Below, piece by piece: positions 1-7,957 of a stretch of 34,890 nucleotides of DNA. The position numbers were made by a program, and so were the translations under genes. This DNA is from Armatimonadota bacterium. Its GTDB lineage: Bacteria; Armatimonadota; Zipacnadia; Zipacnadales; FEN-943. The notes under the pieces were generated by a model. The model was given only the letters and a program-made list of their open reading frames with translations, did not search any database and was not told the origin of the DNA. Every line of letters begins with the position of its first letter. The first letter of the stretch is position 1. The stretch covers positions 1 to 34,890 of the forward strand of contig JANZZA010000274.1 of NCBI GenBank assembly GCA_026419655.1. Direction: 5' to 3'.

Positions 1-8
1 CGGCTGCC

Positions 9-635
9 CTATCGGTGGTCTTCGTGCCACTGCTTGATTGCTTCGAGGGCTTCGGGGGTGCCGATTTTGTCTAAGGCTGTGAGGGCTGCTTGCTGAATTG
101 CCGGGGCCGGGTCGTTGAGAAGGTTGATCAGGGCAGGCACCGCGGCAGGATGACCTATTTCTCCGAGGGCATCAATGGCGGCTTCCCGTGTAGCCAGACT
201 CTCGGCATGGGCGCACTCCAGCAGCGGCTTTAGCGCTCTCAGGTCCTTGATAAGTCCGAGAGCTTCCGCGGCGCCGGTCCGGACCAGCTCGTCGGGGTCC
301 TTCAGCCGACTGATAAGAGCCGGCACAGCGTCTTCTCCAAAATCCTCCAGCGCATCCCGCGCGGCGTCGCGGACGATTTCTTCAGCGTCGCCAAGGCGCT
401 CAATGAGGGCCGCTACGGCTTGGGGCGGCCGCAGGCGCCTAAGTATTAGTGCCGCCCCGACCCGCGCTCTGGAGTTTCCCTGCCGCAACTGCTCAAGCAC
501 TGCTGGCACCGCCGCGGCGCCCAAGGCCGCGAGACCACTTACAGCCTCTTCCCGCTCCTGCTGTTCTCTGCTGCCAAGCTTCGCGATGAGCTGGTTCAAC
601 TTCCACCGCGTGAGCAAGTCCTTCAGCCCGCCCAT
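9..635 (-). CDS. HEAT/PBS-lyase repeat protein
   Basis: About six tandem repeats of the form AVPALIxxLxDxDxxVRxxAAxALG; ATG at 635 preceded by AAGGGGGAC; TAG stop at 9-11. Confidence 0.9.
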   Translation of the reverse strand: MGGLKDLLTRWKLNQLIAKLGSREQQEREEAVSGLAALGAAAVPAVLEQLRQGNSRARVGAALILRRLRPPQAVAALIERLGDAEEIVRDAARDALEDFGEDAVPALISRLKDPDELVRTGAAEALGLIKDLRALKPLLECAHAESLATREAAIDALGEIGHPAAVPALINLLNDPAPAIQQAALTALDKIGTPEALEAIKQWHEDHR

Positions 636-965
636 CGTGCGTCCCCCTTGCCTGCAAGGCTTTAAGACGCGCTCGCGCCGCGCGCCTCCCCATTGTTAAT
701 GTTATACCCGCTGTGGATGCTCTAATCCGCCAAATAGACAAAAATCCGGACACACGCTTCAAGTGCCACGCTTGAAGCTTGCGTGAACTTCTGCGAGAAC
801 GGTCCGGAGGGTCCTTGTGGAGTTAACTCATAAAGAGGGGGGCTTTAGCACTGCCTTCTCGGGGCGTCGCCGGCTCTACGCCGGGCACGCTGTGGCGCTC
901 GCGGACGCGGCAGGTGGCGGCTCACCCGTCGCGTAGTGGTTCACTTCCCAATGGGGCTGCCGACG

Positions 966-2939
966 CTAGAAGGGCATCTGGGAAATGCTCTGGGACACGA
1001 GGGTGAATGCTATAGCCAGCATGCCGATTAGACCCATTCCGCAGGTGAAACCCGCGTAAAGCACCGGCGTCCACCGCCGCCAGTTATCTTCTCCGAAGCG
1101 ATGCCGCAGGTACAGGTGGCCTATCAGGGCGCCGATGAACTGGGGTATCGCAAAATGGGGGATCATGCCCAGGCCTCGAATGAAGCCATAGATAAGCAGC
1201 ACCGGCAGGCGCAGGAGATTCAGTACCCCGTAGGCTCCCACGCCAAACACCAGCCCAGCTACCATCAGCCAGGGCTTTATCGCCCGCAGGAAAATCTCCT
1301 TGTGGCCGCCCTCTGTCGTCGCCGAGAACCAGAGCCACTGGTTTAGCGCAGTGAAGTCCCAATATTTTTGCGCATAGGGATAAGCTTCGGACGGGATTGG
1401 GCGCAGCTTCCAGATATAGCTCCAGAACAGGAAGCTGCAGAAAAGCATGACTGGGAACATGAGAAGCTCTGTCTTCACGATGCTGGTGATGCGCGTGCCT
1501 GTCAGCTCGATCTCCCGGAAGCGCTGGGCCTGGGCTCCGTAATTGGCAAGCGGGATGGGCGCAAACCAGATGTCAACGCCCTTGTAGCCGCTGAGGATAA
1601 AGGTGGCTTCTCGGATCATTGGAAAGGCCACAAATTGGCCCGTAAGACCGATCATGCGAGCATTGATGTACGACTCCACTGGCGTCCAAATAAAGCCATA
1701 AAGCACGACCCACCAGACGGGGAAGCGTGGTACCAGCTTGGCGCACAGCACCACGTACCCAACGGTGGCCACCAGCCAGATGCCCAGCATCGCCCAAACG
1801 TTATAATCACCTCGGCCGGCGGGCGGTTGGCCGAGGGTAAAGCCGCCGCGGACGCCCTGCCGCGCTGCTTCCCGCCACTGTACCCACATCTTCCACATCC
1901 CCAGGAAGGCCACTGCGAAAGCTGTCCCGATGCCGAAAGACAGCCAGATGTCAATGGACGCCGCCCAGACTGTGCGGGTGGTCTCCATCCCCGGGCGCCA
2001 CGTTGGCATGTGACCGGTGACCTGAGCGATGGGATTGATGATGATTGTGGCGATTGCCGCGGCAAAGCTGCCGGCTACCATCCAGAAGGGCAGAACAAGG
2101 CCCACGAGGACGTCGGCCAGATTTGTGCCGATGCCTGTGGCCGCTGCTGGCAAGAACCGCTCGGTACCCTGCGTGAAGTCTATCCACGGGATGGGCAGGA
2201 TCTGCAGAGGCTTGAGAAGGACGACGCTCGTCAACGTAGGAATGGCCACGTAAATGACGCCAAAAACAATGCCCATCATGGTGCCGATGGAGAAGATGCG
2301 CCAGCGCCAGGTTTCCTCTTTGCGCGAGGATTCGGCGAGGGCCGTGGCGCCCTGGGCGGTGACCGGCGCCAGAGGAAAAGGCAGCTTTTCGCCGTCCGAG
2401 ACCAGTCGGAACAGAACGTAGCCGAAGGAGAACCAGGCCAGGCGGCTGAGGATGGTGGTCCCTATCGCCACCGCAATGGCCGGGTACCAGTCAGGATGAA
2501 GGAAGGTGCGGTTGCGGACGGCCCAGGAATCGGGCGGCGGAGCCACCCAGATCGGGACTTGCTCGCCCAGGCCGGCAGGTGCATTAGCCCGCAGAAACTG
2601 GGCCCAGATGAGCCCCGCGAATAGGCCGCCGGAAAGCTGCAGTACCCCGCCGATGGTGCTGGAGAGCCCGTCGGCCATGTAGTAGAGCACGTAGATTTCC
2701 TGGCGGCTCAGGATTTGGAAGGAACGCCGGGCGACTTCTGTAAAGAGGATAATAGTTGTCCACTGCGCCGCCGGACCAAGGGACTGGCCAACCACGAGGC
2801 CCAGGTAGATGGACCCGGGCATCATCACAAAGCCCACAAACAGGGCGCCCAGGACCGTCTTCCAGTTGAACCCCTCACGGTACTCAGTCGGCGTCTCGAC
2901 AAGGTCACGATAGATAGCCAGTTCTTCAACTTCTCGCAT
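966..2939 (-). CDS. OPT/YSL-like polytopic membrane transporter (putative oligopeptide transporter family)
   Basis: Many hydrophobic segments; N-terminal YRDLxxxPxxYxEGFxWKTVLGALF..MMPGSIYLGL, E-LPFPLAPV and DIWFAPIP motifs typical of this bacterial OPT-like family. Start chosen at MREVEE (2939); alternative ATG at 3023. Confidence 0.75.
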   Translation of the reverse strand: MREVEELAIYRDLVETPTEYREGFNWKTVLGALFVGFVMMPGSIYLGLVVGQSLGPAAQWTTIILFTEVARRSFQILSRQEIYVLYYMADGLSSTIGGVLQLSGGLFAGLIWAQFLRANAPAGLGEQVPIWVAPPPDSWAVRNRTFLHPDWYPAIAVAIGTTILSRLAWFSFGYVLFRLVSDGEKLPFPLAPVTAQGATALAESSRKEETWRWRIFSIGTMMGIVFGVIYVAIPTLTSVVLLKPLQILPIPWIDFTQGTERFLPAAATGIGTNLADVLVGLVLPFWMVAGSFAAAIATIIINPIAQVTGHMPTWRPGMETTRTVWAASIDIWLSFGIGTAFAVAFLGMWKMWVQWREAARQGVRGGFTLGQPPAGRGDYNVWAMLGIWLVATVGYVVLCAKLVPRFPVWWVVLYGFIWTPVESYINARMIGLTGQFVAFPMIREATFILSGYKGVDIWFAPIPLANYGAQAQRFREIELTGTRITSIVKTELLMFPVMLFCSFLFWSYIWKLRPIPSEAYPYAQKYWDFTALNQWLWFSATTEGGHKEIFLRAIKPWLMVAGLVFGVGAYGVLNLLRLPVLLIYGFIRGLGMIPHFAIPQFIGALIGHLYLRHRFGEDNWRRWTPVLYAGFTCGMGLIGMLAIAFTLVSQSISQMPF

Positions 2940-3330
2940 GGGCAAGCCGCAATCACCCACCGAGGGAGGCTTGTCTGCCTCTTCGCCGCCCGGCCCGGCT
3001 TTCCTCCGGGCGCGGCGCAACATTGGATAGGCTTTCTTCGTTTTCCCTTCATCTGTCGGCTTTCGCCAGGCGCCGCTTGCTGTGCGTTCCTACCGGCCTA
3101 CAGGCACAGTCGTGGCTGGCAGGTGCCGGGGGTAGAGCGGCAAGGGAGCTGGTCAGTCAGCGCCCAGGGTCGAAGCAGCAGGAGAGAGTATCGGACAAGA
3201 GCTACGGCACCACGTCTCCCCGGGCACCTCCCTGCCTTCACAAAAACCTGTTCTGGATCAGCCTGAGCCATTTCGCATGACCGCCTTAAGGAATGTCCGT
3301 GAGACAGTTACGCAGCGGGCAAACCAGGGC

Positions 3331-4290
3331 CTAATCGCCGCCGGGCAGTCTTTCGGGCAATCTTTCCCCGCGGCGAAGGAGAGCCTGCACTTGGTCGAGA
3401 GTGGGCAAGCCCGCACGGCCGCCAAGGGCCTGACAACTCAGAGCCGCCGTGGCCGAAGCGAAGCGCATCGCATCTGGCAACGCCATCCTCCTGGCGAGGC
3501 CGAAGGCAAAGGCGCCATGATAGACATCGCCAGCGCCCGTGGTGTCAACAACGGGCTGCACTTCGAAGGCTGGCTGGTAGACTATCTCTCCGCTTGTGTC
3601 GCAGGCCACGCTCCCGCGGGCACCCATAGTCACCACAGCTACGCCACCGGCTTGCTTAGCTATTGCTGCTGCCGCAGCTTCGCAGGATTGTTCGCCGCTC
3701 CAGTTGAGGGCGCAGTCCTGTGGAAGGATTGGATAGTCCACCAGGCGCAAAAGCTGTGCGGTATGCTCGCCAAGGTGTTCTATGTCGGCCACAGTCGGGA
3801 TGCCCAGTTCGCGGCAGCGCTGGACAAGGGCAGTGGCAGCGGCAAGATGGTGAGTGTCCACCAGGACCACGCGGGCATTGCTGGCCCGGTCGTAGTCAAG
3901 CTCTTCGGGGGCTATGGTGCCGGTGGCCGGGGGCCGCCACAGGATTGCCCGCAGCCCCGTCGCCTTGTGTGCAACACAGAAGGCCCACTGGGAGCGGGCG
4001 CTGGGAATGACCTGCAGGCCCCAGGAGGCGTCTACGCCGACATGTTCAAAAGCCTCGCGGATTTTGCGCCCATAGTCGTCATCGCCGACGCGACCGATAA
4101 AGGCCACGCGGCCTCCCAGGCGCGCAATGGCAGCCGCGGCCGTAGCTGCCGGGCCCCCGCCCTGCTCTTCGAGTGCCAGCAAGGGGCGCTTCTGGTCGAG
4201 CTGTGGCCACTCCTCGCAGATACCGAGTGTGTCCCAGCAGCACGTGCCCAGGCACACTACGTCATATGCTGGTGCACAAGTGGCCTTCAT
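3331..4290 (-). CDS. PfkB/ribokinase-family carbohydrate kinase (sulfofructose-kinase-like)
   Basis: GGGPAATAAAAIARLG and GRVGDDDYG N-terminal signature; DTTGAGDVYHGAF anion-hole signature; ATG 4290 with GGGGAG RBS. Confidence 0.9.
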   Translation of the reverse strand: MKATCAPAYDVVCLGTCCWDTLGICEEWPQLDQKRPLLALEEQGGGPAATAAAAIARLGGRVAFIGRVGDDDYGRKIREAFEHVGVDASWGLQVIPSARSQWAFCVAHKATGLRAILWRPPATGTIAPEELDYDRASNARVVLVDTHHLAAATALVQRCRELGIPTVADIEHLGEHTAQLLRLVDYPILPQDCALNWSGEQSCEAAAAAIAKQAGGVAVVTMGARGSVACDTSGEIVYQPAFEVQPVVDTTGAGDVYHGAFAFGLARRMALPDAMRFASATAALSCQALGGRAGLPTLDQVQALLRRGERLPERLPGGD

Positions 4291-4324
4291 AAGTCTCCCC
4301 GTCAGTGGAACTGGGAGCAATAAG

Positions 4325-5155
4325 CTAGTCGTTTGGTTCGCCAATGAGCCGCAGGATGTTGCCGCCGAGAATCTTGGCGGTGTCTTCGCGGCTCAGGCCC
4401 CAGCTGCGAATCCAGGCCAGGTCCTCGGCCAGCGCTGCCTGGTTATCGGGGTTCCACGGATAGTCCAGGCCATAAATGATTCGGTCTGGCCCAACGGTGT
4501 CGAGCAGCACGTCAATTCGCTGCCAGGTAATGCGGTAAACATTCGCCCGTCCCGAGCACTGGGTGAGGCCAGCGTAAACATTTCGGTTATTGTGCAGCAC
4601 GGCTAGTGCCTCATCGAAAAGGGCGTAGCCCCCGAGGTGGTCCATGATAATCTTAAGACAGGGGTGGCGCTGAGCGACTTCGTCAAGAAGCATGGGCCGA
4701 TAGGTATTCAGCAAGCCGCCGTGGGTGCCAGTGTGGATGTGCAGGGGGACGTTCAGCTCTTCAGCCGCCGCCCAGAACTCGTCAAGGGAAGGGTCGTTGA
4801 CCGCGATACCATGGACCGGTGGATGGACCTTGACGCCCTTGAGGCCCGCGCGGATGAGCTGGGCCAGCCTTTGTGCAGCGTCGCGCTGCGCGGGGTTGAT
4901 GGTGGCGAAACCGCGCAAATGTGGGTAGTCTTGCAGCTCGGCCAAAAGCCAGTCATTGGGGTCGGCGAAAGTCTGAGCCGCCTGCCCACCCCAGCCAAGG
5001 TTCTCGTGCTCAAAGGGCGCAAAGACCACGGCCCCGTCAACCTCATTCGCTTGCAGGATTTCAGCCAGCCGGGGCAAGGTCCCGTCTTGAGGGTTCGCGG
5101 ACAGTCCAAAGTGTGTTGCGCCGGTGTGGCAATGGCTGATAAAAACCTTCATCAT
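4325..5155 (-). CDS. Amidohydrolase-family (amidohydro_2-like) metal-dependent hydrolase
   Basis: HxH (SHCH) near N-terminus, GVKVHP, HIHTG, DHLGG, YGLDYPW; ATG 5155 with GGTGA RBS. Confidence 0.87.
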   Translation of the reverse strand: MMKVFISHCHTGATHFGLSANPQDGTLPRLAEILQANEVDGAVVFAPFEHENLGWGGQAAQTFADPNDWLLAELQDYPHLRGFATINPAQRDAAQRLAQLIRAGLKGVKVHPPVHGIAVNDPSLDEFWAAAEELNVPLHIHTGTHGGLLNTYRPMLLDEVAQRHPCLKIIMDHLGGYALFDEALAVLHNNRNVYAGLTQCSGRANVYRITWQRIDVLLDTVGPDRIIYGLDYPWNPDNQAALAEDLAWIRSWGLSREDTAKILGGNILRLIGEPND

Positions 5156-5189
5156 GGTGTCACCATCCGATCTTGCTGTCGGGGCACAG

Positions 5190-5218
5190 TTGTCATGCGT
5201 TCTCTGGCCGGATATTGT
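5190..5218 (+). promoter_or_regulatory. Putative sigma70 promoter for the 5284 membrane protein
   Basis: TTGTCA(5190-5195)-N17-TATTGT(5213-5218). Confidence 0.5.
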
Positions 5219-5242
5219 TTTCGTGTATTGGCCGGAGCGGAA

Positions 5243-5259
5243 TGTTCCTGGCCAGAACA
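5243..5259. promoter_or_regulatory. Candidate operator dyad TGTTC-N7-GAACA
   Basis: Perfect 5-bp arms lying between two facing promoters. Confidence 0.3.
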
Positions 5260-5261
5260 CC

Positions 5262-5290
5262 ATTATATATGCAAGCAGGTTACATGCCAA
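5262..5290 (-). promoter_or_regulatory. Putative sigma70 promoter for amidohydrolase-pfkB
   Basis: Minus strand TTGGCA(5290-5285)-N17-TATAAT(5267-5262). Confidence 0.6.
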
Positions 5291-7023
5291 AGCCAACCCG
5301 CGGGGAGATTGTTTTTGTTCTTCTCTGGGCGGCTTTCGTGGTAGTCCTCGCCGGCCTGCCCTATGTTATAGCTGCTTCCTGGGCCGGGCCTGACCGATAT
5401 TTCAGTGGCTTCATCGCCGCTGTGGACGACAGCAATGCTTATCTTGCGTGGACCCGCCAGGCTGCCGAAGGAAACCTGTTTCTGGCCAACCAGTACACCA
5501 CCGCTTTCCAAAATCCTCGCTTCTTCAGCCTGTTTTTCCAGGCCACGGGCTGGCTATGTCGGGTCTTCGGCCTGCAGCCCATAGAGGCTTTTCATCTAGC
5601 CCGGCTTGTTGGCGTCCCTGTGGCCCTTTACAGTTTCTACTGCCTCTGCGCCTTCGTGACAGCTCGGCGGCTTATCCGCGTTGCTGCTCTCGTTATCGCG
5701 TCGCTGTCGTCCGGCCTCGGCTGGTTGTTCGTACTGCACGCTTATGGCGGCGGCAGACCGAAAGCTTTCCCAATAGATTGCGCGGCCAACTGGCTGGTGA
5801 TGCCCGAGGCGGTGACTTATCTAAGTTTTCTCATCAATCCGCTGTTCACGTGGTCGCTGGCTCTACTTAGTGCCGGTTTGTTGTGGGCATGGGCGGCGTT
5901 GGCTGAAGGCAACTGGCTCCGCGGTCTTGTTGCTGGTCTCATCGTCCTGGTGCTCGGCAACATCCATACTTACGACATTCCTGCCGTCTGGCTGTCGGTG
6001 GTCTTTGGGGCCTGGCTTGCGGTAGTCTATTCCGGCCTGAAGCTGCCACGCGCAGTTGCCCTTGTCTGCTTGATCATTGCGGTATCTGCCCCTGGGCCCC
6101 TGTGGGCGTGGTACACATCTCAGGCGGATCCGGCCTGGCTGGCAAAAATAAACACGCCCACTCTCTCCCCAAGGCTGCTCGACTACGCCTTAGGGTTCGG
6201 GCTGGTGTTGCTGGCCGCGGTCGTTGGTGCGGCAGTTGCTTGGGCGCAGCGCCGAAAGAACTGGCGTCCCATGGCCGTAGTTTTTTGGGCCACAGTAACT
6301 TTCGCCCTGGCGTATGCCCCTGTAAGCTTTCAGCGCAAAATGATAGAGGGGGAACACCTGGCCTTGTCTTTGCTGGCAGCTATCGGTCTGGTGACAACGG
6401 CGGAAAGCCTCATGGGCCAGCGCCTGAGGAAAGGCTCAGCGGCGACAGCTCCTCGGCGGTCTCGCGCCGCTAATGTGCTCGTTGTTCTTGCTCTGTTCGT
6501 GGTCCTGACCGCGCCTTCTAATCTGGTATTTGTCGCAGATGCTCTTGGTCATGTGGCAGCGAACAATGCTGACCTGCTGGGCGTCCTTATGCCGCCAGTG
6601 TACTTGACCCATGATGAGGTGGTCGGGCTGGAGTGGCTTGCGTCCAACACTACCTTCGCCGACGTGGTCATGTCGTCGTCGCTCATTGGCAATCACATTC
6701 CTGCGTGGTCTCGTGCGCGGGTGGTGGCCGGCCACTGGGCTGAAACACTTAACCCGCGTGCCATGCTGCGAACTGTGACGACCTTTTACGCTCCCGGCAT
6801 TGACCCCACCATCCGCGAGGAAATACTGCGCAATACCGGCGCAACCTATGTGTGGTGGGGACAGTACGAGCGGCTAATACAGCGCTCCATGCAGGCGGCC
6901 GCCGAGCGGGCTGTCGGCGGGCCTGTAGAGACCCCTGACCCACCCCACAGGGGGCTTGCCAGCCTTGTTGAGGTCTTTTGCCAGGGCGATGTGGTGATCT
7001 ACCGCGTGCTTGCTCGCGACTAA
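5284..7023 (+). CDS. Multi-pass membrane protein, putative GT-C-fold glycosyltransferase
   Basis: About 12 TM segments, an acidic DD-S-N-A-Y motif in the first external loop and a soluble C-terminal domain (GHWAET ... VVIYRV). GT-C assignment is inferred from topology. Confidence 0.7.
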   Translation: MPKPTRGEIVFVLLWAAFVVVLAGLPYVIAASWAGPDRYFSGFIAAVDDSNAYLAWTRQAAEGNLFLANQYTTAFQNPRFFSLFFQATGWLCRVFGLQPIEAFHLARLVGVPVALYSFYCLCAFVTARRLIRVAALVIASLSSGLGWLFVLHAYGGGRPKAFPIDCAANWLVMPEAVTYLSFLINPLFTWSLALLSAGLLWAWAALAEGNWLRGLVAGLIVLVLGNIHTYDIPAVWLSVVFGAWLAVVYSGLKLPRAVALVCLIIAVSAPGPLWAWYTSQADPAWLAKINTPTLSPRLLDYALGFGLVLLAAVVGAAVAWAQRRKNWRPMAVVFWATVTFALAYAPVSFQRKMIEGEHLALSLLAAIGLVTTAESLMGQRLRKGSAATAPRRSRAANVLVVLALFVVLTAPSNLVFVADALGHVAANNADLLGVLMPPVYLTHDEVVGLEWLASNTTFADVVMSSSLIGNHIPAWSRARVVAGHWAETLNPRAMLRTVTTFYAPGIDPTIREEILRNTGATYVWWGQYERLIQRSMQAAAERAVGGPVETPDPPHRGLASLVEVFCQGDVVIYRVLARD

Positions 7024-7113
7024 TTTGCCATTCGGGAAGCAGGCCGGCGCAAGCGGGGAGGACAGAGGGCGCTGCGGCGCAAGGCTCTAGCGGGCGGCTC
7101 TTGGCGAGCTAGA

Positions 7114-7941
7114 TTAGGTGTCCCCATCGTTTGCCAAGCCGACTGCCAGGTTATCCAGGTTCAGGGTCATTCCATCTGACGCCGCCCGAACTTCAAGGCC
7201 GGTTTCCTGGCTCATGCGCTCGGCGATTTCCCATGGCTTGTTGCGAAGTACGTTCATACCAAAGTGAGTTATTATCGCCAGCCCTGGGGCTGCTTCGGCG
7301 ATGAGCCGAGCCGCTGAGGCTGGGTTGAGGTGCGGCACGGCTGGCCCGTGGTCGCTGAAGAGCACAACGTTGACCAAGAGCAACTCGCACTCGCTGAAGG
7401 CCCGGCCGAGACCTTCGTGGTAGTAGGTGTCCGCAACGACCCCCACGCGGCCTCTGGCGTCGTCAAAGATGAGCCCGTAGGTCTCCACGCCGTGGTGAAG
7501 AGCTGCGGCGGTGCGAATAAGGAGGTCGCCAAGCTCATGCACGCTGCCAGGCGCCAGAGTCTCCCGGCGCGACACGAAACGCTGGACATACCGGCATAGG
7601 GGAGAGTCATCCTCGTAGGCGGCGCGAGGGGCCAGCAGCAATCCATTGCGGTATGTGCCGCCGTCGGTCATGGCCTCTATCATTACGTTGGCGTCGTTGG
7701 CGTGGTCCAGATGGTGGTGCGTGAGCACGACGGCATCTAGGGTGGTGGGGTCGAGCTTGGGCCGGCTGGCCCAGCAGCGCACCAGGCTGCCAGGGCCAGG
7801 ATCGAGAATGACGTTGCGTCCACCCATGCGCAGCCAGATGCCGCCAGAAGCCCGCAACTGCCGTGCCACGACGAACCTTGCCCCAGCCGTGCCTAGGAAC
7901 TTGAGGAAACGTTCCGGGTAGCGCTCAGCTGTACGGGGCAT
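7114..7941 (-). CDS. MBL-fold metallo-hydrolase (RNase Z/phosphodiesterase-like)
   Basis: FLGTAG, DPGPG, THHHLDH (HxHxDH), ADT and THFG motifs; starts 16 nt after the activase stop. Confidence 0.9.
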   Translation of the reverse strand: MPRTAERYPERFLKFLGTAGARFVVARQLRASGGIWLRMGGRNVILDPGPGSLVRCWASRPKLDPTTLDAVVLTHHHLDHANDANVMIEAMTDGGTYRNGLLLAPRAAYEDDSPLCRYVQRFVSRRETLAPGSVHELGDLLIRTAAALHHGVETYGLIFDDARGRVGVVADTYYHEGLGRAFSECELLLVNVVLFSDHGPAVPHLNPASAARLIAEAAPGLAIITHFGMNVLRNKPWEIAERMSQETGLEVRAASDGMTLNLDNLAVGLANDGDT

Positions 7942-7957
7942 GGCAGGGCCCTCGCTA

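Noticed and set aside
644-657. Exact 14-mer CCCCTTGCCTGCAA shared with 12444-12457
   Set aside because: A few 14-mer matches are expected by chance in 35 kb of GC-rich DNA; one copy overlaps an RBS and the flanks do not align.
3024-3330. Possible riboswitch upstream of the OPT-like transporter
   Set aside because: No TPP, cobalamin, SAM or glycine consensus on either strand; the stems are explicable by GC content.
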